Positions 11,225 through 18,287 of a stretch of DNA of 26,147 nt are shown in pieces; within the stretch, counting starts at the first letter, position 1; each line of letters begins with the position of its first letter. A model generated the notes under the pieces. That model did no database searches. It was given only the letters and a program-made list of their open reading frames with translations, and was not told the origin of the DNA. The stretch covers positions 1 through 26,147 of the forward strand of contig JBEDDU010000051.1 in assembly GCA_041176065.1 (NCBI GenBank), given 5' to 3'. Position numbers and translations under genes: made by a program. Source of the DNA: Verrucomicrobiota bacterium (GTDB taxonomy: Bacteria > Verrucomicrobiota > Verrucomicrobiia > Opitutales > UBA953).

Positions 11225-12112
11225 ATGAAGCCTTTCGTCCTCCTCTTCGCCTGCGTCGCCGGCCTCGTCGGTCACGCCGCCGGAGCCCCCGCCGACGCCA
11301 CCTTCGCGGAACTCGCGGTCCCGGAGAAGCGCCTCGCCGCCCAGCAGGCTATCCTCGACCACTCCCGCGGCTTCACCAACGCCTCGCCCGAAGCCAAGGC
11401 CTGGTTTGAGCGCGTGCGCACGGCGGCCAAGACCGTCGAAAATCCTGAGGCGCAGGCCGCGCTGCAGCAGGTCTTGCTCTTCGATCCGAACACCAAGCCG
11501 CGGCTCCCGCTCAATCCAAAGCAGCCGAACACCTACGAGGATCCGGAAGGCACCACCCCGGAGACCAAGCTCGCCCACCTCGAGCGCGTGCTCGATCAGC
11601 GCCGCTCCGCCAAGGAGTATCCGCTGACCGTCGAAGAGCTCGTCGCGCTCACGAAGCATGAGGATTTCGCCACCGCCCAGCGCGCGAACCGACTGCTCCG
11701 CCGCGTCAGTTCCTCCGCCGCTGCTCCGATCCTCTGGGAACGTCTCGCCAAGCTCTCGCAACGTTCGCAGGTGCAGGAAGTGGAGGATGAGATCCTCCGG
11801 TTGCCCTTGTCTCAGGCCATCAAGCATACCCCGGTCGAGTTCGCCGGCACCTCGCTCGCTTCCAAGGCGGCCTGGGTCCGCATCGCTGCCGTCCGCGCTT
11901 CCAAGAGTTCGAAAGTGCGCACCGCCCTCAAGGCCGCGCTGCTCCCGCTGCTCAAAGGTCCGGCCAACGAACTAACCGAAGCCGCCTGGGCCGCCGTGCC
12001 CCGGATCTTCGCCGAGGCCGACCGCGCCGCGCTGACGGAGGCCGCGCAAGGCCTCTCCGAGCGACTCGCGCCCAAGGCCAAGGCCGCGTTGGAAGCCTTG
12101 CCCGCCAAGTAA
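11225..12112 (+). CDS. Hypothetical secreted alpha-helical protein
   Basis: 295 aa with a Sec signal (MKPFVLLFACVAGLVGHAAGA). Ala/Leu/Glu/Lys-rich helical content, host-like codon bias, and 23 nt downstream of the oxidoreductase. Confidence 0.72.
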   Translation: MKPFVLLFACVAGLVGHAAGAPADATFAELAVPEKRLAAQQAILDHSRGFTNASPEAKAWFERVRTAAKTVENPEAQAALQQVLLFDPNTKPRLPLNPKQPNTYEDPEGTTPETKLAHLERVLDQRRSAKEYPLTVEELVALTKHEDFATAQRANRLLRRVSSSAAAPILWERLAKLSQRSQVQEVEDEILRLPLSQAIKHTPVEFAGTSLASKAAWVRIAAVRASKSSKVRTALKAALLPLLKGPANELTEAAWAAVPRIFAEADRAALTEAAQGLSERLAPKAKAALEALPAK

Positions 12113-12131
12113 TCCTCCCGTCGCTTGTCGC

Positions 12132-12166
12132 TTGCCGTGGGGCGGGGTGACCCTTGCTATGGTCGC
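12132..12166 (+). promoter_or_regulatory. Candidate leaderless promoter for aroK
   Basis: TTGCCG (12132)-N17-TGCTAT-N6-ATG (12167), with no SD. Confidence 0.4.
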
Positions 12167-12736
12167 ATGTCGCCCGTGGCCAACAAGGACAACTCCCCGA
12201 ACCTGATCCTCGCCGGATTCATGGGCACGGGGAAGTCCGCGCTCGGACGGCAGCTGGCGAAGCGCTGGCGCCGGCCTTTCTACGACACCGACGAACTCGT
12301 CGAGAAACTCGCGGGCGCCACGATCGCCGACATCTTCGCCCAGCACGGCGAGGAGCACTTCCGCGGCCTTGAGCGCCAGGTCGTCGAGTCCATGCTGCCC
12401 GACTGCGGCGCCGTCATCGCCTGCGGCGGCGGCCTCGTCGTGCCTCCCGGCATGGGTGAGCTCGTCCGTTCCAAGGGGATCGTCGTGACGCTGTTCGCTT
12501 CCGTGGACACCATCCTGCGCCGCACGGCCGGCAACTCCCGGCGTCCGCTGCTCAAGGGCGAAGACCCCGAGGCCCGCATCCGCGAGCTCATGAAGAAGCG
12601 CGAGCAGGCCTACATGCAGGCGGGCATCGCCGTCTACACCGACGGACGTTCGCTGCAGCAGCTCTGCGTGATCGTCGAGCGCGTCTACGAGCGCGAGGCG
12701 CGGGCCTTGCTCAGGTCGCGTCCGAAGCCGGAGTGA
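12167..12736 (+). CDS. aroK: Shikimate kinase
   Basis: P-loop LAGFMGTGKS, DTDELVE, GEEHFRGLE, VIACGGG, RRPLL. Start is ATG 12167, 189 aa. Confidence 0.95.
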   Translation: MSPVANKDNSPNLILAGFMGTGKSALGRQLAKRWRRPFYDTDELVEKLAGATIADIFAQHGEEHFRGLERQVVESMLPDCGAVIACGGGLVVPPGMGELVRSKGIVVTLFASVDTILRRTAGNSRRPLLKGEDPEARIRELMKKREQAYMQAGIAVYTDGRSLQQLCVIVERVYEREARALLRSRPKPE

Positions 12737-13391
12737 CGAACGGGTCGCCTTCGGGCGGCTCGTCGCGGAACCGTTGCACGACGGCGAGGAACTCCGACCG
12801 GTCGACCGCGAAGGCGCCCAGGCTGGCCAGGTGCGCCGTCGGCACCTGGCAGTCGATGAGGACGTAGCCGGCGGCGGCGAGGCGGGCGACGAGCGTCGCG
12901 AAGCCGACCTTGGAGGCGTCGGCCTTGAGGTGGAACATCGATTCGCCGTGGAAGAGCCGGCCGAGCGCGACGCCGTAGAGGCCGCCGACCAGTTCGCCTT
13001 GCCAGGATACCTCGATGCTGTGGGCCACGCCGCGGCGGTGCAGGTCGCAGTAGGCGGCGATCATCTCCTCGGTGATCCAGGTGCCGTCCTGGCCGGGGCG
13101 GGGGACCTCCGCGCAGCGTCGCATGACGGTCTCGAAGGCCCGGTCGAAGGTCACCGACCAGCCTGCCTTGCGCATCGTCTTGCGCAGGCTGTCGGTGAGG
13201 CGGAAGTCCGCCGGACGCATCACGAACCGCGGATCAGGGCACCACCATTTCACCGGTTCGCCGGCGGAATACCAAGGGAAGACGCCGGCGCGATAGGCGC
13301 CGATGAGGGTGTCCGCGTCCAGCCTGCCTCCGCGGGCCAGCGGCGCCTGCGTAGGGCCTTTCGCCGGGTCTCCGCGGGTCCATTCCTGCAT
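12711..13391 (-). CDS. aat: Leucyl/phenylalanyl-tRNA--protein transferase
   Basis: Contains AYRAGVFPW, WWCPDPR, WITEEMIAAY, AHSIEV, GGLYGV, GESMF, ASKVG, IDCQ. 226 aa. Confidence 0.95.
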   Translation of the reverse strand: MQEWTRGDPAKGPTQAPLARGGRLDADTLIGAYRAGVFPWYSAGEPVKWWCPDPRFVMRPADFRLTDSLRKTMRKAGWSVTFDRAFETVMRRCAEVPRPGQDGTWITEEMIAAYCDLHRRGVAHSIEVSWQGELVGGLYGVALGRLFHGESMFHLKADASKVGFATLVARLAAAGYVLIDCQVPTAHLASLGAFAVDRSEFLAVVQRFRDEPPEGDPFVTPASDAT

Positions 13392-13426
13392 CGGCGGACA
13401 GTCGCCGAGGCGGAGCCCGCGGGCAA
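13392..13426 (-). promoter_or_regulatory. Candidate leaderless promoter for aat
   Basis: Minus strand TTGCCC (13426)-N17-GACTGT-N6-ATG (13391). It has the same geometry and the same -10 hexamer as the der promoter candidate. Confidence 0.5.
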
Positions 13427-13428
13427 GT

Positions 13429-13764
13429 TCAGTCCTTGGTGATGTTGTAGACCGACGGGATCGAGATGCCGAGCTCGGCGGCGATCTCGCGGACCGGGGC
13501 GCCCTTGCGGCGCATGGCCTGGGCCTTGTTGCGCATGCTGTCCGAAATCTGGGCGCGGGCGCGGTTGGGGCGTGAGAGCAGCTTGATCAGACGCTTGGCC
13601 AGCTCGGGCTTCGAGAGGCTCGCGACTTCGCGTTCGATCATCGACTGGCGCTCGCTGTGCTCGTCTTCCCAGGCCTGCACGGCCAGGTCGCGGGCCTTGG
13701 AGAGGGCGGCGCGGACATAGGCGTCCTTGGAGCTGAAGGCGGAGGGGTCGAGGTCGATTTTCAT
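13429..13764 (-). CDS. Small protein with C-terminal resolvase/Hin-type helix-turn-helix
   Basis: 111 aa from ATG 13764 (MKIDLDPS...). C-terminal GAPVREIAAELGISIPSVYNITK is a clear HTH. Strong GC3 bias, and no recombinase catalytic domain. Confidence 0.82.
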   Translation of the reverse strand: MKIDLDPSAFSSKDAYVRAALSKARDLAVQAWEDEHSERQSMIEREVASLSKPELAKRLIKLLSRPNRARAQISDSMRNKAQAMRRKGAPVREIAAELGISIPSVYNITKD

Positions 13765-13839
13765 AAGTGGGTGCGGAGGTTCGGGCGTCACCTGAGTTTG
13801 TCTCCGACAATCCTGAGGTTAGGCCAGCACCCTCAAGGG

Positions 13840-13881
13840 TTTTATAATATTCCCAATTGTCAAACTTTGGTAAAAAAATTT
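13840..13881 (-). promoter_or_regulatory. AT-rich promoter region upstream of the HTH gene
   Basis: The most AT-rich stretch in the window. The minus strand carries TTGACA (13863-13858), TATTAT/TATAAA and a T-tract. The exact -35/-10 pairing is ambiguous. Confidence 0.55.
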
Positions 13882-13917
13882 CACCCTAACCGCCGCCGCC
13901 ATCCTCCTGCGTCTGTC

Positions 13918-14895
13918 TCACTTGCTCCATTCCAACATCCGGCGGAGCGGAATCTCCGCGGCGGCCCGGATGCTTTCAGGCAGCGCGATCTCGGGCGTGC
14001 CGTCCCGCAGGCAGTCGCGGACCTTCGTCAGCGTGTTCATCTTCATGAACTTGCAGTCGTTGCACGAGCAGCGGTCGGTGGGCGCGGCGACGAACGTCTT
14101 GCCGGGCACTTCCTTGCGGAGGCGGTGGATCATCCCAGATTCCGTCGTAATGATGATGGTATTCGCCGTCTGCTGCTTGCACCAGCCGACCATGAGTTCG
14201 GTGGAACAGACCATGTCCGCCAGGTCGCGCACGGCTTCGGTGCATTCGGGGTGGGCGACGACCGGCGCGCCCGGGTGGGCGGCCTTGGTCCGGAGCAGCG
14301 CGCCCGGCGTGAACTGCACGTGGGCGTAGCAGTTGCCCGGCCACAGCTGCATGGCGCGGCCGGTCTTGCCGGACACCCAGCGGCCGAGGTTCTGGTCGGG
14401 GACGAAGAGGATCTTCCGGTCCGCGGGCACGCGGCTGACGATCTTCGAGGCGTTGCCGCTCGTGACGATGACGTCGCAGAGCGCCTTCACCGCGGCGCTG
14501 CAGTTGATGTAGGCGACGACGTAGAGCGAAGGGTCGGCGGCCTTGGCGGCGGCGAGCTTCTCCGCGGGGCAGGAGTCGGCGAGCGAGCAGCCGGCGGCGA
14601 GGTCGGGCAGCAGCACGCGCCGCGTCGGGTTCACGATCTTGGCCGTCTCGGCCATGAAGTGGACGCCGCAGAAGACGATCGTGGACTGCTTGGCTTCGGC
14701 GGCCTTGTAGGCGAGGCCGAGCGAATCACCCACGTAGTCGGCCACGCCCTGGATGTCTTCGCACTGATAGTTATGCGCGAGGATGAGGGCGTCCTTGGCC
14801 TTCTTCAGCGCAAGGACTTCCTTCTGCAGGTCGGACAAGGGCGTCCCGCCGGCGGGCAGGGGCGGGAAGACGGAGGCGGTCGGATAGGTGATCAT
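13918..14895 (-). CDS. nadA: Quinolinate synthase A ([4Fe-4S])
   Basis: Contains LILAHNYQ, DYVGDSLGL, FCGVHFMAETAK, AGCSLAD, FVPDQNLG, GNCYAH, AHPEC and CKFMK, with three cluster cysteines. Start ATG 14895 overlaps the Fur-like stop. 325 aa. Confidence 0.96.
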   Translation of the reverse strand: MITYPTASVFPPLPAGGTPLSDLQKEVLALKKAKDALILAHNYQCEDIQGVADYVGDSLGLAYKAAEAKQSTIVFCGVHFMAETAKIVNPTRRVLLPDLAAGCSLADSCPAEKLAAAKAADPSLYVVAYINCSAAVKALCDVIVTSGNASKIVSRVPADRKILFVPDQNLGRWVSGKTGRAMQLWPGNCYAHVQFTPGALLRTKAAHPGAPVVAHPECTEAVRDLADMVCSTELMVGWCKQQTANTIIITTESGMIHRLRKEVPGKTFVAAPTDRCSCNDCKFMKMNTLTKVRDCLRDGTPEIALPESIRAAAEIPLRRMLEWSK

Positions 14896-15371
14896 GGGCG
14901 GGCGTTCTTGCGGCGCGGGCAGCGCTCGTTGAGGCAGGCGGCGGTGACCTGGAGTTTCTGGGAGATCGGGCGCATGCCGTGCTTGGCGGCGACGGCCTTG
15001 CCGTACCACTCCATGAACGGCGCGTCGACCTCGACGATCGAATCGCAGTTCTCGCAGATGAGCTGGGCGCGGAAGGTCTCGCTGCCGGCCTCGGCGAGGT
15101 AATATTTCTGGTCGCGGCCGACGTCCATCTCGCGGATGACGTTGCTGCCGACGAGGAGGGGCAGGGCGCGGTAGATCGTCGCGCGGGAGACGCTGCGGTC
15201 GATCGAACGGGCTTTCTTCAGCAGGTCCTCGGCGGTGTAGTGCCCCTGGATGGCCCGGGCCGCCTCGAAGACGGCCATCCGCTGACGGGTCGCCCGCAGC
15301 CCCTTCTCGGCGATGAACGCCTTGAAGGCTCCCGATTGCACCGCGGATTCTGGATTGGGTTGCTTGGGCAT
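14892..15371 (-). CDS. Fur-family transcriptional regulator, atypical (His-poor)
   Basis: Contains GLRATRQRMAVF, HYTAEDL, SVSRATIYRALPLL and CENC...CLNERC. Start is ATG 15371 (GTG 15386 is the alternative). Confidence 0.88.
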   Translation of the reverse strand: MPKQPNPESAVQSGAFKAFIAEKGLRATRQRMAVFEAARAIQGHYTAEDLLKKARSIDRSVSRATIYRALPLLVGSNVIREMDVGRDQKYYLAEAGSETFRAQLICENCDSIVEVDAPFMEWYGKAVAAKHGMRPISQKLQVTAACLNERCPRRKNARP

Positions 15372-15491
15372 GCCGATTTGAGACACTTTTGATACTGAAA
15401 GCCCGTCGCGTCAACACGGGACGCGTCATTGACACCCGCCCCTCGTAGCCCTTCATTTGCCCTCTTTTCCCTCAGGGAAGCCCGCCTACCG

Positions 15492-16562
15492 ATGACCCAG
15501 AATACGGACGACCTACGCATCCGCAGCCAGCACCCCCTGCTGACTCCCGCCCTCGTGCTCGCCGAACTGCCGGTCTCGGAGCGCGCCGCCGAGGTCGTCG
15601 CCGCCGCCCGCCGGGACGCCGCCAAGGTGATCTCGGGCCAGGACGACCGTCTGATGGTCATCGTCGGACCTTGCTCCGTCCATGACACCAAGGCCGCCCT
15701 GGAATATGCCGCCCTCCTGAAGAAGGAAGCCCGGAAGCATGCTTCCGAGCTCCTCGTGGTGATGCGCGTCTACTTCGAGAAGCCGCGCACCACGGTCGGC
15801 TGGAAGGGGCTCATCAACGACCCGCAGGTCGATGGCTCTTTCCGCATCAACGACGGCCTCCGCCTCGCGCGCGGCCTGCTTTCGCAGATCGCCGAAGCCG
15901 GCCTGCCGGCCGCGACCGAGTTCCTCGACCCGATCACGCCGCAATACGTGGCCGACCTCGTCGCCTACGGCGCCATCGGGGCGCGCACCACGGAAAGCCA
16001 GATCCACCGCGAGCTCGCCTCCGGCCTCTCGATGCCCGTCGGCTTCAAGAACGGCACCGACGGCTCGGTCCAGGTCGCCGTCGACGCCTGCCTCTCGGCC
16101 CGTTCCTCCCACTGGTTCCCGTCCGTCACCAAGGACGGCGTCGTCGCCATCTTCCAGACGTCGGGCAACCCTGACGCGCACGTCATCCTGCGCGGCGGCT
16201 CCCGCACCGGCCCGAATTACGGCGCCGAATTCGTGACCGACGCCGCGGCCCGCATCCAGAAGGCCGGCCTCACGACCCGTCTCGTCATCGATTGCTCCCA
16301 CGGCAACAGCTCCAAGGACCATCGCCGTCAGCCGCTCGTCGCCGCCGACATCGCCGCGCAGGTCGCCGCGGGCTCCCGCGTCATCGCCGGCGTGATGATC
16401 GAGAGCCATCTCGCCGAAGGCCGTCAGGACTGGAAGGGCAAGGAGGCTTCGGCCTACGGCTGCAGCATCACCGACGCCTGCATCTCCTTCGAACAGACCG
16501 TCCCCGTGCTCGAGGGACTCGCCGCCGCCGTCCGCGCCCGTCGCGCCCTGCCGGCTTCCTGA
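15492..16562 (+). CDS. aroG: 3-deoxy-7-phosphoheptulonate (DAHP) synthase, class I (AroF/G/H type; isoenzyme specificity not determinable)
   Basis: Contains VGPCSVHD, RVYFEKPRT, GWKGLINDP, IGARTTESQIHRELASGLS, VGFKNGT, IDCSHGNS, MIESHL, SITDACI. Start is ATG 15492, 356 aa. Confidence 0.95.
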   Translation: MTQNTDDLRIRSQHPLLTPALVLAELPVSERAAEVVAAARRDAAKVISGQDDRLMVIVGPCSVHDTKAALEYAALLKKEARKHASELLVVMRVYFEKPRTTVGWKGLINDPQVDGSFRINDGLRLARGLLSQIAEAGLPAATEFLDPITPQYVADLVAYGAIGARTTESQIHRELASGLSMPVGFKNGTDGSVQVAVDACLSARSSHWFPSVTKDGVVAIFQTSGNPDAHVILRGGSRTGPNYGAEFVTDAAARIQKAGLTTRLVIDCSHGNSSKDHRRQPLVAADIAAQVAAGSRVIAGVMIESHLAEGRQDWKGKEASAYGCSITDACISFEQTVPVLEGLAAAVRARRALPAS

Positions 16563-16570
16563 ACTTCGCC

Positions 16571-17053
16571 ATGAACTCCGTACTCAAGCTCATCCTCGAC
16601 GGGGAAGCCCTCGACACCGCGCAGATCGGCCGCATCCTCGGGATGGGCGCCGAAGCCGTGGACCGCGAGCTGGCGGCCTTGCGTCAGCAGGGCGTCCTCC
16701 TGGGCATGCGTCCGGTGCTCAACCCGGGCTTCGAGTCCGAACACCGCGTCCGCGCGGTCATCGAGATCAAGGTCCGCACCGAAGGCGTCGGCGGCTTCGA
16801 CGCCATCGCCGAGCGCATCGCCGCCTTCGAGCAGGTCGAGAGCTGCTACCTGATGTCCGGCGGCTACGACCTCCTGGTCGTCGTCACCGCCGACAACCTC
16901 TACAAGGTCGCCGGCTTCGTGCACGAGCGACTGGCCCGCATCGACGGCGTCCAGGGCACCTCCACCCACTTCTTCCTCCGTGCCTACAAGAAGGACGGCT
17001 TCGTCGTCTCCGCCGACGGCGCCGGCCGCGACCGTCCCTCGGTCAGCCCCTGA
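16571..17053 (+). CDS. Lrp/AsnC-family transcriptional regulator (YugG/AlaR-like)
   Basis: N-terminal HTH, then IEIKV..GFDAIAERI..VESCYLMSGGYDL..STHFFL..YK. 160 aa from ATG 16571. Confidence 0.9.
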   Translation: MNSVLKLILDGEALDTAQIGRILGMGAEAVDRELAALRQQGVLLGMRPVLNPGFESEHRVRAVIEIKVRTEGVGGFDAIAERIAAFEQVESCYLMSGGYDLLVVVTADNLYKVAGFVHERLARIDGVQGTSTHFFLRAYKKDGFVVSADGAGRDRPSVSP

Positions 17054-17066
17054 GCCCCGCCTGACC

Positions 17067-18242
17067 ATGGATTCCTCCGGACGTTTCGTGGCGCGGCATG
17101 TCGCGACCTTGCCCAAGTCGGGCATCCGCGACTTCTTCGCCATCGTCTCCAAGATGAAGGACGCGGTCTCGCTCGGCATCGGCGAGCCCGACTTCGTCAC
17201 GCCTTACCACATCCGCGAAGCCGCGATCTCGTCCCTCGAGAAGGGCCGCACCTCCTACACGGACAACCGCGGTACGCAGCAGTTCCGCGAGGAGATCTCG
17301 CGCTACGTGGCCCGCCATTACGGTCCGGAATACGATCCCGAAACCGAGATCCTTGGCACCATCGGCGTCTCCGAGGCCCTCGACATCCTCCTGCGCGCCA
17401 CCCTCAACCCGGGCGACAAGGTCCTCTACCACGAGCCCTGCTACGTGAGCTACGCCCCGAGCGTCGCGCTCTGCCACGCCGAGGCCATCCCGATCCGCAC
17501 CGTCTCCGCCGACCAGTTCGCGCTCGATCCGGCGGCCCTGCGCGCCGCCTGGCAGCCGGGCTGCAAGCTCCTCGTCCTCAACTTCCCGACCAACCCGACC
17601 GGCGGCACCGCCGACCGCGCCAAGCTCGAAGCCATCGCGAAGTTCGCCATCGAGAAGGACCTGCTCGTCGCTTCCGACGAGATCTACTCCGAACTCACCT
17701 TCGAAGGCGACCACGTCTCGATCGCGTCGCTCCCGGGCATGCGCGAACGCACGGTCTTCCTGCATGGTTTCTCGAAGGCCTTCGCGATGACCGGTTTCCG
17801 CATCGGTTACGCCTGCGGCCCCGCCGCCGTCATCGACGGCATGCTCAAGGTGCACCAGTACGGCATCATGTGCGCCCCGATCATGAGCCAGGAGGCCGCC
17901 GTCGAGGCGCTCCGCAACGGCCGTGATTCGATGCTGCACATGCGCGACAAGTACCGCGAGCGCCGCGACTTCATCGTCCGCCGCTTCAACGAGCTCGGGC
18001 TGAAGTGCCATCTCCCGCGCGGCGCGTTCTACGCCTTCCCGGACATCACTTCGACGGGCATGGATTCGATGACCTTCGCCCAGAAGCTGCTCGAGCAGCA
18101 GAAGGTCGCCATGGTCCCCGGCACCGCCTTCGGCGCGGCCGGCGCCGGCTTCTGCCGGGCTTCGTTCTCGACCAGCTACGAGCGCATCCACGAGGCCGGC
18201 GAGCGGATCGCCCGCTTCCTGGACGGCATCCCGCGTCGCTGA
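17067..18242 (+). CDS. PLP-dependent aminotransferase class I/II (YugH/AlaT-like)
   Basis: Contains SGIRDFF, SLGIGEPDF, YTDNRG, NFPTNPTG, SDEIYSEL, PLP-lysine GFSKAFAMTGFRIGY, GAFYAF and VPGTAFG. 391 aa. Confidence 0.93.
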   Translation: MDSSGRFVARHVATLPKSGIRDFFAIVSKMKDAVSLGIGEPDFVTPYHIREAAISSLEKGRTSYTDNRGTQQFREEISRYVARHYGPEYDPETEILGTIGVSEALDILLRATLNPGDKVLYHEPCYVSYAPSVALCHAEAIPIRTVSADQFALDPAALRAAWQPGCKLLVLNFPTNPTGGTADRAKLEAIAKFAIEKDLLVASDEIYSELTFEGDHVSIASLPGMRERTVFLHGFSKAFAMTGFRIGYACGPAAVIDGMLKVHQYGIMCAPIMSQEAAVEALRNGRDSMLHMRDKYRERRDFIVRRFNELGLKCHLPRGAFYAFPDITSTGMDSMTFAQKLLEQQKVAMVPGTAFGAAGAGFCRASFSTSYERIHEAGERIARFLDGIPRR

Positions 18243-18252
18243 GCATCCTTGC

Positions 18253-18287
18253 TTGCTAGCCGGGCGGGTAGCCCTGACTGTCGTCCC
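18253..18287 (+). promoter_or_regulatory. Candidate leaderless promoter for der-fmt
   Basis: TTGCTA (18253)-N17-GACTGT (18276)-N6-ATG (18288), with no SD. Confidence 0.5.

Noticed and set aside
13790-13820. Glycine-riboswitch-like words (GGAGA, CUCAGG)
   Set aside because: The order, spacing and core helices of the aptamer are missing, and the downstream gene is not glycine-related.
13842-13856. Possible PerR/Fur box (TTATAAT-a-TTCCCAA)
   Set aside because: Only one arm matches the TTATAAT-N-ATTATAA consensus (10 of 14 overall), which is expected by chance in an AT-rich promoter.
13819-13902. 27-aa minus-strand ORF (MAAAVRVKFFYQSLTIGNIIKPLRVLA) preceded by AGGAGG
   Set aside because: The SD-like hexamer abuts the ATG with zero spacing, and the ORF runs through the AT-rich promoter-like island. 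It is probably incidental; ribosome profiling would decide.
13918-15456. 512-aa track ORF suggesting a long N-terminally extended NadA
   Set aside because: The extension is an off-frame read through the Fur-like gene. NadA homology starts at ATG 14895.
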